This document shows, piece after piece, positions 35,017 through 47,385 of a stretch of DNA of 64,000 bases (positions are counted from its first letter, which is position 1; every line of letters begins with the position of its first letter). Position numbers and translations under genes: made by a program. Source of the stretch: Escherichia coli (GTDB taxonomy: Bacteria > Pseudomonadota > Gammaproteobacteria > Enterobacterales > Enterobacteriaceae). The stretch is from NCBI RefSeq assembly GCF_030013595.1, contig NZ_CP122768.1; one strand, written 5' to 3'. A model generated the notes under the pieces. It saw only the letters and a program-made list of their open reading frames with translations. It was not told the DNA's origin and did no database searches.

Positions 35017-35924
35017 AACGCGCTCCGGGTGTGAGACAGATTTTCAAAGGTGAGATCGGCATGAACCAGCAGTGTGCCGCGACGATGCGCCCAGCAGCCT
35101 GTAGAAACAGCAACGCCGATGGTTGACGGATGGCGGGCGGCAGATTCGATATGTACGCCCATCACTGAACTGTTACCAGTCAGCCCTTGTGGACCAATCC
35201 CCAGACGGTTGAGTCCTTCTTCCAGGCGTAGCTCCAGCTCTGCCGCTTTTGGATTTGGATGGCGGCTGCCAATCGGGCGCAAAATGGCTTTACGCGAGAG
35301 CACTGCGGCGGTTTCCACCGAGGTGGCGATGCCCACGCCTACCAGTACCGGTGGACAGGCGTTTACGGCGAGGGTGGAGATATTTTCGAAGACGAATTTC
35401 ACCACGCCTTCGTATCCTTCCGACGGCATTAACACTTTCGAGCGGCCTGGTAGCGTGCAGCCGCCGCCTGCCATGTAAACTTCGATTTCCGCATCGTCAC
35501 CGTCGGGGACGATATCCCAGGTGACCCACGGTACGCCGCTGCCGGTATTTTTGCCGGTGTTCACTTCGTCAAAAATTTCCACCGCGTTGTGGCGCAGTGG
35601 CGCTTTGACGGTTGCTTCTTCCACAGCTTGCTTAAGAATGCTTTGCAGCTCGCCAAGCAGCGGGAAACGGGAACCGACTTTAACGAAGAACATAATCTCC
35701 CCGGTGTCCTGACAGGTAGGACGATTCAGGTCGATTGCTTTTTGCATGTTGTCGAACATCGTGTGGTAGATGATTTTCCCCATCGACGACGTTTCGGCAT
35801 CCTTTAGCTGTTTTAGTTTATCCACCACGTCATCGGGCATTCGGGTAGAAATCATGGCGGTAAAGTTAGCGACAATCTCCGTCAACTTATTCACTGCCTG
35901 TTGCTTATTACTTTCGCTCATCAT
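35013..35924 (-). CDS. ttdA: L(+)-tartrate dehydratase alpha subunit TtdA (303 aa)
   Basis: Start at [14 protein letters not shown] (internal to the longer ORF); Fe-S hydro-lyase family. Confidence 0.85.
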
Positions 35925-36130
35925 GGCAACTCCAGTTTCTTTATTTGTCTGGAAAAATTCACCGCAACAAACTACCACTAAAAATGTGGTTTTATATTTT
36001 TTGCCACCGTGAATATGTAATTAACAGTTCGTGAATCAACGCGAAAATAAGAATGAATATTGCGCCAGAGCAGGGAATGGCAATGTTTTGCGAAATACAC
36101 TGCGCTTATCACAACTGCGGATAATTAACG

Positions 36131-37063
36131 ATGCTGAATAGCTGGCCTTTAGCCAAAGACTTGCAGGTACTGGTAGAAATCGTCCACAGCGGGAGTTTTA
36201 GTGCTGCAGCGGCGACGCTTGGGCAAACGCCTGCATTTGTCACCAAGCGGATCCAAATCCTTGAAAATACGCTGGCAACAACGCTGTTGAACCGCTCCGC
36301 CCGCGGCGTGGCGCTGACTGAAAGTGGCCAACGTTGTTACGAGCATGCGCTGGAAATCCTCACCCAATATCAGCGACTGGTCGATGACGTCACGCAAATC
36401 AAAACGCGCCCGGAGGGGATGATTCGTATTGGCTGTAGTTTTGGTTTTGGGCGCAGCCATATTGCGCCAGCTATTACCGAACTGATGCGCAATTATCCTG
36501 AGTTACAGGTGCATTTTGAATTGTTCGATCGGCAAATTGATTTAGTGCAGGATAATATTGATCTGGATATTCGGATTAATGACGAAATTCCTGATTATTA
36601 TATTGCGCATCTGTTAACGAAAAATAAACGAATATTATGCGCAGCACCTGAGTATCTGCAAAAATATCCGCAGCCACAATCCTTACAGGAATTAAGTCGT
36701 CATGATTGTCTGGTGACCAAAGAGCGCGATATGACCCACGGAATATGGGAGTTGGGGAACGGTCAGGAGAAAAAATCGGTGAAGGTAAGCGGGCACCTTT
36801 CCTCCAATAGCGGTGAGATTGTGCTGCAATGGGCGCTGGAAGGAAAAGGAATTATGCTGCGTTCTGAGTGGGATGTTTTACCGTTTCTGGAGAGTGGCAA
36901 ACTGGTGCGAGTATTGCCGGAGTATGCACAAAGCGCCAATATCTGGGCTGTTTACCGGGAGCCGCTCTATCGCAGCATGAAATTACGTGTCTGCGTGGAA
37001 TTTCTGGCGGCATGGTGCCAGCAACGGCTGGGCAAGCCCGACGAAGGCTATCAGGTTATGTAG
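36131..37063 (+). CDS. ttdR: LysR-family activator of ttd operon TtdR (310 aa)
   Basis: LysR N-terminal HTH and substrate-binding domain; divergent from ttdA. Confidence 0.85.
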   Translation: MLNSWPLAKDLQVLVEIVHSGSFSAAAATLGQTPAFVTKRIQILENTLATTLLNRSARGVALTESGQRCYEHALEILTQYQRLVDDVTQIKTRPEGMIRIGCSFGFGRSHIAPAITELMRNYPELQVHFELFDRQIDLVQDNIDLDIRINDEIPDYYIAHLLTKNKRILCAAPEYLQKYPQPQSLQELSRHDCLVTKERDMTHGIWELGNGQEKKSVKVSGHLSSNSGEIVLQWALEGKGIMLRSEWDVLPFLESGKLVRVLPEYAQSANIWAVYREPLYRSMKLRVCVEFLAAWCQQRLGKPDEGYQVM

Positions 37064-37075
37064 ATCCACCAGAAA

Positions 37076-37693
37076 TCACTCGGGATCCTTTTCGCGCTTT
37101 CTTTTGAATTTCGTCCAGATTTTTGTCTCCTGACGACGCCACAGACGCTGGATGTTGTCATGATGACGCAGCAGGATCAGGCAAGAGAGCATCGAAACCG
37201 GGAAGGTGAATTGTGGCTTAAACCACCAGACATAAAACGGAGCAATCAGTGCGCTTACAATCGCTCCCAGCGACGAGTATCCGCTCAATAGCACGGTCAG
37301 TAACCAGGTTCCCGCCATTACTCCGGTGAGATCCCAGCCAATTGGTGCGATGGCACCAAAAGCGGTAGCAACGCCTTTTCCTCCTTTAAAACCGAAGAAA
37401 ACGGGCCAGATGTGTCCAAGGCAGGCGGCGATGGCAATTAAGCCTAGCCAGAAGGGGCTGACACCTAATTCATACGCACCCCAGACGGGCAACATTCCTT
37501 TCAGAACGTCGAAAATCAGTACTGCTACGGCTGCTCCCTTGCCACCGATACGTAACACATTGGTTGCGCCTGGATTGCCGGAGCCGCTGGTTCGCGGATC
37601 GGGCAGCCCACACAAGCGGCAAACCAGAATGGCACTGGAAATGGAGCCGCAGAGGTACGCGATGAGGATCATTCCAGGCGCGATTGCACTCAT
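37076..37693 (-). CDS. plsY: Glycerol-3-phosphate acyltransferase PlsY (205 aa)
   Basis: [27 protein letters not shown]... integral membrane PlsY family. Confidence 0.9.
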
Positions 37694-37797
37694 AAGCTGT
37701 TCCGTTTTGAAAATTCGTGTTCAACGATGAATCTGTGGATAATACGCACATTTCGCCGGAAGTGGTATCCGGTTAGCCAAAAAGCAGGCAGGACGTG

Positions 37798-38166
37798 ATG
37801 GATATTGTATTTATAGAGCAACTTTCGGTAATCACCACCATTGGTGTTTACGACTGGGAACAGACCATCGAACAGAAGTTAGTGTTCGATATCGAAATGG
37901 CGTGGGATAACCGTAAAGCGGCGAAAAGTGATAATGTGGCGGATTGCCTCAGTTACGCTGACATTGCAGAAACGGTAGTCAGCCACGTCGAGGGGGCGCG
38001 TTTTGCGCTGGTGGAACGTGTGGCGGAAGAGGTGGCGGAGCTGCTGTTAGCACGCTTCAACTCGCCGTGGGTGCGTATCAAACTCAGCAAGCCAGGCGCA
38101 GTGGCGCGGGCGGCGAATGTTGGCGTCATCATTGAGCGTGGCAATAATCTGAAAGAAAATAATTAA
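37798..38166 (+). CDS. folB: Dihydroneopterin aldolase FolB (122 aa)
   Basis: MDIVFIEQLSVITTIGVYDWEQTIEQKLVFDIEM... Confidence 0.9.
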   Translation: MDIVFIEQLSVITTIGVYDWEQTIEQKLVFDIEMAWDNRKAAKSDNVADCLSYADIAETVVSHVEGARFALVERVAEEVAELLLARFNSPWVRIKLSKPGAVARAANVGVIIERGNNLKENN

Positions 38167-38256
38167 TTTTACAGCTGTTAAACCAAACGGTTATAACCTG
38201 GTCATACTGCAGTAGTTCGGACAAGCGTTACATTTTTATAATTTAGGGGTTTATTG

Positions 38257-39078
38257 ATGAGCGATATGCACTCGCTGCTGATAGCGGCAATATTGGGTGT
38301 GGTCGAAGGATTGACAGAATTTCTGCCGGTATCCAGCACGGGCCATATGATTATTGTCGGTCACTTGTTGGGGTTTGAGGGCGACACGGCGAAAACCTTT
38401 GAAGTCGTGATCCAGTTAGGATCAATTCTGGCAGTGGTTGTCATGTTCTGGCGACGTCTGTTTGGCCTTATTGGTATTCACTTTGGTCGCCCGTTGCAGC
38501 ACGAAGGAGAAAGCAAAGGCCGTTTAACGCTGATCCACATTCTGCTTGGCATGATCCCAGCGGTAGTACTGGGGCTATTGTTCCACGACACGATTAAATC
38601 ATTGTTTAACCCGATAAATGTGATGTATGCACTGGTCGTTGGCGGTCTGTTGCTGATTGCCGCTGAATGCCTGAAGCCGAAAGAGCCGCGTGCGCCGGGT
38701 CTTGATGATATGACCTATCGTCAGGCGTTTATGATTGGCTGTTTCCAGTGTCTGGCGCTGTGGCCGGGTTTCTCCCGTTCCGGGGCGACCATTTCAGGTG
38801 GGATGCTGATGGGGGTGAGCCGTTACGCTGCTTCCGAGTTTTCGTTCCTGCTGGCGGTGCCGATGATGATGGGCGCAACGGCGCTCGATCTCTACAAAAG
38901 CTGGGGCTTCCTGACAACCGGCGATATCCCGATGTTTGCCGTTGGGTTTATCACCGCTTTTGTGGTGGCGCTGATAGCGATTAAAACCTTCCTGCAATTG
39001 ATTAAGCGCATTTCGTTTATCCCGTTCGCCATTTATCGCTTTATTGTGGCGGCTGCGGTGTATGTCGTGTTCTTTTGA
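38257..39078 (+). CDS. uppP: Undecaprenyl-diphosphatase UppP/BacA (273 aa)
   Basis: [30 protein letters not shown]... BacA family membrane protein. Confidence 0.9.
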
Positions 39079-39158
39079 TTGAGGAATAGTGTCGGATATG
39101 ACGCTTGTGCGTCTTATCCGACCTGGCCGGTGTTTGCAATAAATTGAAATTCAAGTGC

Positions 39159-40397
39159 TTAATCAGGCTTTGGACAACGTTGTTCCTTCCAGCTGGCTAC
39201 CGCCGCAATCCGCCGTCGGGTCAGCTCCTCGCGAATCTCCACACCTTTAAATCCCGCTTCAACGACGGCTTTTGTTGGCACTGACTGTACCACTTCCCAG
39301 GCTTCGCGCAACCAGCGGCCTTGCGGGTAGTCCGCTGATTCAAAACCGGTTCTGCCGCGCACGTCAGCCTCGCTGGTCAGCGCCAGTTGCTCGACACGCT
39401 GCGGTTTACGCCAGGCATCGATGGAATCAAATAATTTGACGATGGTTTTCGGATTCAGCATTGGGAAGGTGTGGATGAGATCGTGAAACTCAGCCACCAG
39501 TCTGGCTAAATCGCGAATTTCATTTGGCACGCGCAGACGCTGACAGAGTTGTTCCACTAACTTAACACCCGCCGGGCCATGACCATGATGACGCGGCCAA
39601 AGTTCTGGTGGCGTCAGTCCTTTACCGAGATCGTGGCATAAAGTTGCGAAACGGACATCGACCTGCGGACTTAGCATCGCCGCCATTGAGAGCGTCATTA
39701 AGGTGTGAATACCGGTGTCGATTTCCGGATGCCACCTGGCAGGGGCCGGAACGCCAAACAGGGCGTCAATTTCCGGGAATAAAACGCGTAGTGCACCACA
39801 ATCGCGCAGTACCTGGAAGAACACCTGGGGATTGCGGGTGGTGAGGGCGCTTTCCGTCTCTTTCCATACCCGTTCAGGCGTCAGGTGTTCCAGTTCACCC
39901 GCATGGGTCATCTCGCGCATCAGTGCCAGAGTTTCATCGGCAATACGAAAACCGAGGTGGGCATAACGCGCAGCAAAACGCGCCACGCGCAATACGCGTA
40001 ACGGATCTTCGCCAAAAGCGGGGGAAACATGGCGCAACAGACGATTTTGCAGATCGCCCAGACCGTTGTACGGGTCGATAATCTCGCCGTTATCGTCCTG
40101 GGCCAGCGCATTAATGGTCAGATCGCGACGCTTAAGATCATCTTCCAGCGTGACATCCGGTGCGGCATAGCAGGTAAAACCGGTGTAACCGGAACCGGAT
40201 TTCCGTTCAGTACGTGCCAGCGCATACTCTTCATGCGTTTGCGGATGCAGAAAAACAGGAAAATCGCGGCCTACCTGCTGGTAGCCCGCGTCGAGCATCT
40301 CCTGTGGCGTACTGCCGACCACCACCCAATCTCTGTCTTTGACCGGTAGCCCTAACAATGCATCCCGAACAGCACCACCGACCAGATAAATCTTCAC
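39159..40397 (-). CDS. cca: CCA tRNA nucleotidyltransferase (412 aa)
   Basis: [28 protein letters not shown]... plus HD domain. Confidence 0.9.
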   Translation of the reverse strand: MKIYLVGGAVRDALLGLPVKDRDWVVVGSTPQEMLDAGYQQVGRDFPVFLHPQTHEEYALARTERKSGSGYTGFTCYAAPDVTLEDDLKRRDLTINALAQDDNGEIIDPYNGLGDLQNRLLRHVSPAFGEDPLRVLRVARFAARYAHLGFRIADETLALMREMTHAGELEHLTPERVWKETESALTTRNPQVFFQVLRDCGALRVLFPEIDALFGVPAPARWHPEIDTGIHTLMTLSMAAMLSPQVDVRFATLCHDLGKGLTPPELWPRHHGHGPAGVKLVEQLCQRLRVPNEIRDLARLVAEFHDLIHTFPMLNPKTIVKLFDSIDAWRKPQRVEQLALTSEADVRGRTGFESADYPQGRWLREAWEVVQSVPTKAVVEAGFKGVEIREELTRRRIAAVASWKEQRCPKPD

Positions 40398-40460
40398 GCC
40401 ATCATCCCTTCGTCAAATACACAATTCCTAATAATAAGACAGTGCAACGAAGAAGGCGAT

Positions 40461-41081
40461 TTAGTTCATCCAGCGATCTTTGCGTTTGCGGCTTGGGATC
40501 AGGTGCGGCAGTACCAGACCGAGCAGCAAGCCAAGCCCCAGCACGCCGCCGCCATACATAAACCATTGCATGATGATGGTGCGCTGTTTGTCATCCAGCT
40601 GTACGCTGGCGGCATCGACCTTTTTCTGCGCGACAATCAGCTCGTTTTTCAGTTTCTGATTTTCTTCTTTTAACCCGTTGATCACGCTGTCGCTCTGCGC
40701 CACTTTTTGCTGCATTTCTGCGGTGCGTTGGTTCCAGGTGTTATCGATATTGGTGAGTTTATCGGTCAGGGTTTTGACCTGATTTTCCAGATCTGGCACA
40801 CGGGAGCGCAGGCTTGGCTCTGTGCTAAGTTGTTTCAACGGGATCCAGGCGGTACGGCCAGAGCTGTCTTTCACCTGGGCATAATTGGTGTTGGCGTCAG
40901 TTTGTAATAAGGTCACTTCCTCGCCGGCGTTAACCGTGCCCACGAGGCGATAATGATCTCCCGGACCGCTACGGACCCAGGTATTCAGTTCATCAGAAAC
41001 ATAGCGCGTTTCTTCAGCGTGTGAGACGGCAGTCGCGCTAAGTGCGAGTAAAGTTAATCCGATCAGGCGTAATTTTGGCAT
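40461..41081 (-). CDS. ygiM: SH3-domain signal-peptide protein YgiM (206 aa)
   Basis: Signal peptide, SH3b-like region, coiled-coil, C-terminal TM anchor. Confidence 0.8.
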   Translation of the reverse strand: MPKLRLIGLTLLALSATAVSHAEETRYVSDELNTWVRSGPGDHYRLVGTVNAGEEVTLLQTDANTNYAQVKDSSGRTAWIPLKQLSTEPSLRSRVPDLENQVKTLTDKLTNIDNTWNQRTAEMQQKVAQSDSVINGLKEENQKLKNELIVAQKKVDAASVQLDDKQRTIIMQWFMYGGGVLGLGLLLGLVLPHLIPSRKRKDRWMN

Positions 41082-41322
41082 CAGGCTGTCGTTATTGTCA
41101 TGGAAAGTGGAACGATAGTAGTGGCATCAGTGTCGCTACGCAAAGCATTCGACATCAATCGGAATCCTCTGTGTCAGGTCTTGCCACTGCTTCAAACTTT
41201 TACGCCCGTCAAATTGCCCGTTGCATGGCAATTTGGCGCAAAATACTATCTACTGACAAAAAAGATCGCATTAAGTTCGCCGTTCATCGTCACTTATGTG
41301 ACATAACCGATAAGTAAAGGCC

Positions 41323-42624
41323 ATGGCTCAGGAAATCGAATTAAAGTTTATTGTTAATCACAGTGCCGTTGAGGCGTTGCGTGACCATCTCAATACGCTG
41401 GGCGGCGAGCACCATGACCCCGTGCAGTTGTTGAATATTTACTACGAAACGCCGGATAACTGGCTGCGTGGGCACGACATGGGCTTGCGTATTCGTGGCG
41501 AAAACGGTCGCTATGAGATGACCATGAAAGTTGCAGGAAGAGTGACAGGCGGCTTACACCAGCGCCCGGAATATAACGTGGCGTTGAGCGAACCGACGCT
41601 CGACCTGGCGCAGTTACCGACGGAAGTCTGGCCGAACGGCGAATTGCCTGCCGATCTCGCTTCCCGCGTACAACCGCTGTTCAGCACCGATTTTTATCGC
41701 GAAAAGTGGCTGGTAGAGGTTGATGGTAGCCAAATTGAAATCGCCCTCGACCAGGGGGAAGTGAAAGCGGGTGAATTTGCTGAACCTATCTGCGAGCTGG
41801 AACTGGAACTGCTTAGCGGCGACACGCGCGCGGTGCTGAAACTGGCGAACCAACTGGTATCGCAAACCGGATTACGCCAGGGCAGCCTGAGCAAAGCGGC
41901 GCGTGGCTATCATCTGGCGCAGGGCAATCCGGCGCGTGAAATCAAACCGACCACCATTTTGCATGTTGCGGCAAAAGCCGATGTGGAACAGGGGCTGGAA
42001 GCGGCGTTCGAGCTGGCGTTAGCGCAATGGCAGTATCATGAAGAACTGTGGGTACGCGGCAACGATGCGGCGAAAGAACAGGTGCTGGCAGCCATTAGCC
42101 TGGTCCGTCATACGCTGATGCTGTTCGGTGGTATTGTGCCGCGTAAAGCGAGCACTCACTTACGTGATTTGCTGACCCAATGCGAAGCGACCATTGCTTC
42201 TGCGGTTTCTGCCGTGACGGCGGTCTACTCTACCGAAACGGCAATGGCGAAGCTGGCGTTGACCGAATGGTTGGTAAGCAAAGCATGGCAGCCATTTTTA
42301 GATGCCAAAGCGCAGAGTAAAATGAGCGATTCCTTCAAACGCTTTGCCGATATCCATCTTTCCCGCCATGCCGCTGAACTGAAAAGCGTTTTCTGCCAGC
42401 CGTTGGGCGATCGCTACCGTGACCAGTTGCCACGCCTGACGCGTGATATTGACTCAATCCTGTTGCTGGCGGGTTACTACGATCCTGTCGTCGCGCAAGC
42501 CTGGCTGGAGAACTGGCAGGGGCTGCGTCACGCTATTGCGACCGGGCAACGCATCGAAATTGAACATTTCCGTAATGAGGCAAACAATCAGGAACCGTTC
42601 TGGTTGCACAGCGGAAAACGTTAA
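41323..42624 (+). CDS. ygiF: Inorganic triphosphatase YgiF (433 aa)
   Basis: CYTH-domain N-terminus [23 protein letters not shown]... Confidence 0.85.
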   Translation: MAQEIELKFIVNHSAVEALRDHLNTLGGEHHDPVQLLNIYYETPDNWLRGHDMGLRIRGENGRYEMTMKVAGRVTGGLHQRPEYNVALSEPTLDLAQLPTEVWPNGELPADLASRVQPLFSTDFYREKWLVEVDGSQIEIALDQGEVKAGEFAEPICELELELLSGDTRAVLKLANQLVSQTGLRQGSLSKAARGYHLAQGNPAREIKPTTILHVAAKADVEQGLEAAFELALAQWQYHEELWVRGNDAAKEQVLAAISLVRHTLMLFGGIVPRKASTHLRDLLTQCEATIASAVSAVTAVYSTETAMAKLALTEWLVSKAWQPFLDAKAQSKMSDSFKRFADIHLSRHAAELKSVFCQPLGDRYRDQLPRLTRDIDSILLLAGYYDPVVAQAWLENWQGLRHAIATGQRIEIEHFRNEANNQEPFWLHSGKR

Positions 42625-42646
42625 TCAGGCAAGGATAAAATCGCTT

Positions 42647-45487
42647 ATGAAGCCGCTCTCTTCACCGTTACAGCAGTACTGGCAGACCGTTGTTGAGCGG
42701 CTGCCAGAGCCTTTAGCCGAGGAATCACTTAGCGCACAGGCGAAGTCAGTACTTACTTTTAGTGATTTTGTGCAGGACAGCATAATTGCGCATCCAGAGT
42801 GGCTGACGGAACTGGAAAGCCAACCGCCGCAGGCCGACGAATGGCAGCATTACGCTGCCTGGTTGCAGGAGGCGCTCAGTAATGTGAGTGACGAAGCCGG
42901 GTTAATGCGTGAACTGCGGCTATTCCGGCGGCGCATTATGGTGCGCATTGCCTGGGCGCAAACGCTGGCACTGGTTACTGAAGAGAGCATATTGCAGCAG
43001 CTCAGCCATCTGGCGGAGACGCTGATTGTTGCGGCGCGTGACTGGCTGTATGACGCCTGCTGCCGCGAATGGGGAACGCCGTGCAATGCGCAGGGCGAAG
43101 CGCAACCGCTGCTGATTTTAGGCATGGGTAAGCTGGGCGGCGGGGAACTGAATTTCTCCTCTGATATCGATCTGATTTTTGCCTGGCCGGAACATGGTTG
43201 TACGCAGGGTGGACGCCGGGAACTGGATAACGCCCAGTTTTTTACCCGCATGGGGCAGCGGCTGATTAAAGTGCTGGATCAACCAACGCAGGATGGCTTC
43301 GTCTATCGCGTGGATATGCGGCTGCGTCCGTTTGGCGAAAGTGGCCCGCTGGTGCTGAGCTTTGCGGCGCTGGAAGATTATTACCAGGAGCAAGGGCGCG
43401 ACTGGGAGCGTTACGCGATGGTTAAGGCGCGGATTATGGGCGATAGCGAAGGCGTCTATGCTAACGAGTTGCGTGCGATGCTGCGCCCGTTTGTTTTCCG
43501 TCGTTACATCGATTTCAGCGTGATTCAGTCGCTGCGCAACATGAAAGGGATGATTGCCCGTGAAGTGCGTCGGCGCGGTTTGACCGACAACATCAAACTT
43601 GGCGCGGGTGGCATTCGTGAAATTGAATTTATCGTCCAGGTATTCCAGCTTATTCGCGGCGGGCGCGAGCCGTCGCTGCAATCGCGCTCTTTACTACCAA
43701 CGCTCAGCGCTATTGCCGAGCTGCATCTGCTTTCTGAAAACGATGCTGAACAATTGCGAGTGGCGTATCTGTTCCTGCGGCGTCTGGAAAACCTGCTGCA
43801 AAGCATTAACGACGAACAAACCCAGACGCTTCCTTCTGATGAGCTTAACCGTGCGCGGCTGGCGTGGGCGATGGACTTTGCTGACTGGCAGCAACTGACT
43901 GGGGCGCTGACCGCACATATGACCAATGTGCGCCGGGTGTTTAATGAATTGATTGGCGACGACGAAAGCGAAACTCAGGAAGAGTCGCTGTCGGAACAGT
44001 GGCGTGAGCTGTGGCAGGATGCGTTGCAGGAAGATGACACTACGCCAGTGCTGGCGCATCTTAGCGAAGATGATTGCAAACAGGTGCTGACGCTGATTGC
44101 CGATTTTCGCAAAGAGCTGGATAAGCGTACCATCGGGCCGCGCGGGCGTCAGGTGCTCGACCATCTGATGCCGCATCTGCTAAGTGATGTCTGTGCGCGT
44201 GAAGACGCTGCTGTCACGCTGTCGCGCATTACCGCCTTGCTGGTGGGAATTGTTACCCGCACTACCTATTTAGAATTGCTCAGTGAATTCCCCGTGGCGC
44301 TTAAACATTTGATTTCTCTGTGTGCCGCATCGCCGATGATTGCCAGCCAGCTAGCGCGTTATCCATTATTGCTGGACGAACTGCTCGATCCAAACACTCT
44401 CTACCAGCCGACGGCGATGGATGCCTACCGTGATGAACTGCGCCAGTATTTGCTGCGCGTGCCGGAAGATGACGAAGAACAACAGCTTGAGGCGCTGCGT
44501 CAGTTCAAACAGGCGCAACTGTTACGTATTGCGGCAGCGGATATCGCCGGTACGCTACCGGTAATGAAAGTGAGCGATCACTTAACCTGGCTGGCGGAGG
44601 CTATGATAGATGCCGTCGTTCAGCAGGCGTGGGTTCAAATGGTTGTCCGCTACGGTAAGCCAAATCACCTGAACGAACGCGAAGGGCGTGGTTTTGCGGT
44701 GGTCGGCTACGGCAAGCTGGGCGGCTGGGAGTTAGGCTACAGTTCCGATCTTGACCTGATCTTCCTCCATGATTGCCCAATGGATGCGATGACTGACGGC
44801 GAGCGGGAAATCGACGGGCGACAGTTTTATCTGCGTCTGGCGCAACGCATTATGCATCTGTTCAGTACGCGAACCTCTTCCGGCATTTTGTATGAAGTGG
44901 ATGCACGGTTGCGTCCGTCCGGGGCGGCGGGAATGCTGGTGACATCCGCAGAAGCGTTTGCCGATTATCAGAAAAACGAGGCCTGGACGTGGGAACATCA
45001 GGCGCTGGTGCGTGCGCGTGTAGTGTACGGCGATCCGCAGCTCACCGCGCACTTTGACGCAGTACGCCGGGAGATTATGACGCTGCCGCGCGAAGGCAAA
45101 ACCCTGCAAACAGAAGTGCGGGAAATGCGCGAGAAAATGTGTGCCCATCTCGGCAATAAACATCGCGATCGCTTTGATATCAAAGCCGATGAAGGCGGAA
45201 TTACCGATATCGAATTTATTACTCAATATCTGGTGTTGCGCTACGCTCATGAAAAACCGAAGTTAACGCGCTGGTCAGACAACGTGCGCATTCTGGAACT
45301 ACTGGCGCAAAACGACATTATGGAAGAGCAGGAAGCGATGGCGCTGACCCGTGCTTACACGACGCTGCGCGATGAACTTCATCATCTGGCATTACAGGAA
45401 TTGCCGGGCCATGTGTCGGAGGATTGCTTCACCGCAGAGCGTGAACTGGTGCGGGCAAGCTGGCAGAAGTGGCTGGTGGAAGAATGA
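42647..45487 (+). CDS. glnE: Glutamine synthetase adenylyltransferase/adenylyl-removing enzyme GlnE (946 aa)
   Basis: Start at [21 protein letters not shown] (internal to the longer ORF); duplicated nucleotidyltransferase domains. Confidence 0.9.
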   Translation: MKPLSSPLQQYWQTVVERLPEPLAEESLSAQAKSVLTFSDFVQDSIIAHPEWLTELESQPPQADEWQHYAAWLQEALSNVSDEAGLMRELRLFRRRIMVRIAWAQTLALVTEESILQQLSHLAETLIVAARDWLYDACCREWGTPCNAQGEAQPLLILGMGKLGGGELNFSSDIDLIFAWPEHGCTQGGRRELDNAQFFTRMGQRLIKVLDQPTQDGFVYRVDMRLRPFGESGPLVLSFAALEDYYQEQGRDWERYAMVKARIMGDSEGVYANELRAMLRPFVFRRYIDFSVIQSLRNMKGMIAREVRRRGLTDNIKLGAGGIREIEFIVQVFQLIRGGREPSLQSRSLLPTLSAIAELHLLSENDAEQLRVAYLFLRRLENLLQSINDEQTQTLPSDELNRARLAWAMDFADWQQLTGALTAHMTNVRRVFNELIGDDESETQEESLSEQWRELWQDALQEDDTTPVLAHLSEDDCKQVLTLIADFRKELDKRTIGPRGRQVLDHLMPHLLSDVCAREDAAVTLSRITALLVGIVTRTTYLELLSEFPVALKHLISLCAASPMIASQLARYPLLLDELLDPNTLYQPTAMDAYRDELRQYLLRVPEDDEEQQLEALRQFKQAQLLRIAAADIAGTLPVMKVSDHLTWLAEAMIDAVVQQAWVQMVVRYGKPNHLNEREGRGFAVVGYGKLGGWELGYSSDLDLIFLHDCPMDAMTDGEREIDGRQFYLRLAQRIMHLFSTRTSSGILYEVDARLRPSGAAGMLVTSAEAFADYQKNEAWTWEHQALVRARVVYGDPQLTAHFDAVRREIMTLPREGKTLQTEVREMREKMCAHLGNKHRDRFDIKADEGGITDIEFITQYLVLRYAHEKPKLTRWSDNVRILELLAQNDIMEEQEAMALTRAYTTLRDELHHLALQELPGHVSEDCFTAERELVRASWQKWLVEE

Positions 45488-45534
45488 AGTATGGTATTAT
45501 CGCGCGCAAATTTTGAATCTCTCAGGAGACAGGA

Positions 45535-46968
45535 ATGAAAGTAACGCTGCCAGAGTTTGAACGTGCAGGAGTGATGGTGGTTGGTGATGTGATGCTGGAT
45601 CGTTACTGGTACGGCCCCACCAGTCGTATCTCGCCGGAAGCGCCGGTGCCCGTGGTTAAAGTGAATACCATCGAAGAACGTCCGGGCGGCGCGGCTAACG
45701 TGGCGATGAATATCGCTTCTCTCGGTGCTAATGCACGCCTGGTCGGGTTGACGGGCATTGACGATGCAGCGCGCGCGCTGAGTAAATCTCTGGCCGACGT
45801 CAACGTCAAATGCGACTTCGTTTCTGTACCGACGCATCCGACCATCACCAAATTACGGGTACTTTCCCGCAACCAACAGCTGATCCGTCTGGATTTTGAA
45901 GAAGGTTTCGAAGGGGTTGATCCGCAGCCGCTGCACGAGCGGATTAATCAGGCGCTGAGTTCGATTGGCGCGCTGGTGCTCTCTGACTACGCGAAAGGTG
46001 CGCTGGCAAGCGTGCAGCAGATGATCCAACTGGCGCGTAAAGCGGGCGTTCCGGTGCTGATTGATCCAAAAGGCACCGATTTTGAGCGCTACCGCGGCGC
46101 TACGCTGTTAACGCCGAATCTCTCGGAATTTGAAGCTGTTGTTGGTAAATGTAAGACTGAAGAAGAGATTGTTGAGCGCGGCATGAAACTGATTGCCGAT
46201 TACGAACTCTCGGCTCTGTTGGTGACCCGTTCCGAACAGGGTATGTCGCTGCTGCAACCGGGTAAAGCACCGCTGCATATGCCAACTCAGGCGCAGGAAG
46301 TGTATGACGTTACCGGTGCGGGCGACACGGTGATTGGCGTCCTGGCGGCAACGCTGGCTGCGGGTAATTCACTGGAAGAAGCCTGCTTCTTTGCCAATGC
46401 GGCGGCAGGCGTGGTGGTCGGCAAACTGGGGACATCCACGGTTTCGCCGATCGAGCTGGAAAATGCAGTACGTGGACGTGCAGATACCGGCTTTGGTGTG
46501 ATGACCGAAGAGGAACTTAAGCTTGCTGTAGCGGCGGCGCGTAAACGCGGTGAAAAAGTGGTGATGACCAACGGCGTCTTCGACATCCTGCACGCCGGGC
46601 ACGTCTCCTATCTGGCAAATGCCCGCAAACTGGGAGACCGCCTGATTGTCGCCGTCAACAGCGATGCCTCCACCAAACGGCTGAAAGGGGATTCCCGCCC
46701 CGTTAACCCGCTCGAACAGCGTATGATTGTGCTGGGCGCACTGGAAGCGGTCGACTGGGTGGTGTCGTTTGAAGAAGACACGCCGCAGCGCTTAATTGCC
46801 GGGATCCTGCCAGACCTGCTGGTGAAAGGTGGCGACTATAAACCAGAAGAGATTGCCGGGAGTAAAGAAGTCTGGGCCAACGGCGGCGAAGTGCTGGTGC
46901 TCAACTTTGAAGACGGTTGCTCGACGACCAACATCATCAAGAAGATCCAACAGGATAAAAAAGGCTAA
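45535..46968 (+). CDS. hldE: Bifunctional heptose 7-phosphate kinase/heptose 1-phosphate adenylyltransferase HldE (477 aa)
   Basis: [27 protein letters not shown]... ribokinase-like plus cytidylyltransferase domains. Confidence 0.9.
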
Positions 46969-47385
46969 CCGGAAAGCGTTTCACAGATCTCGCTTCGTAC
47001 CTGGCAGGCCTATTGACGCTGTTGTTTTTTCAACCTAGAGTAAAGGAACAAGGGTAAGGGAGGATTTCTCCCCCCTCTGATGAGTTGTTAGTAAGTCGGG
47101 AAACTTAACAGTAACAACACAACCAGTATGATGACGAACTTCATCATAACCCTTTCCTTCTGTAAGGCCCCTTCTTCGGGAGGGGCTTTCCCGTTTCAGC
47201 CCCTTGCTGACTTCCCGATTGTTGATGAACGCCGGACCCCGCGCAATGCTTACCCAGAGGCAGTTTTGCCTTCCCCGAGCGGTCACGCAAAATGCTGCAA
47301 CAGCCCGATCATTTGCACTTTTTATCGGAACGCAGATATAAAGAATCCCCGGCTTTTTGGGCCAGGGATGTTCATAGTTGAAAAT

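Noticed and set aside
34423-35034. 203-aa plus-strand ORF overlapping ttdB
   Set aside because: Antisense to ttdB, which is recognisable and syntenic with ttdA.
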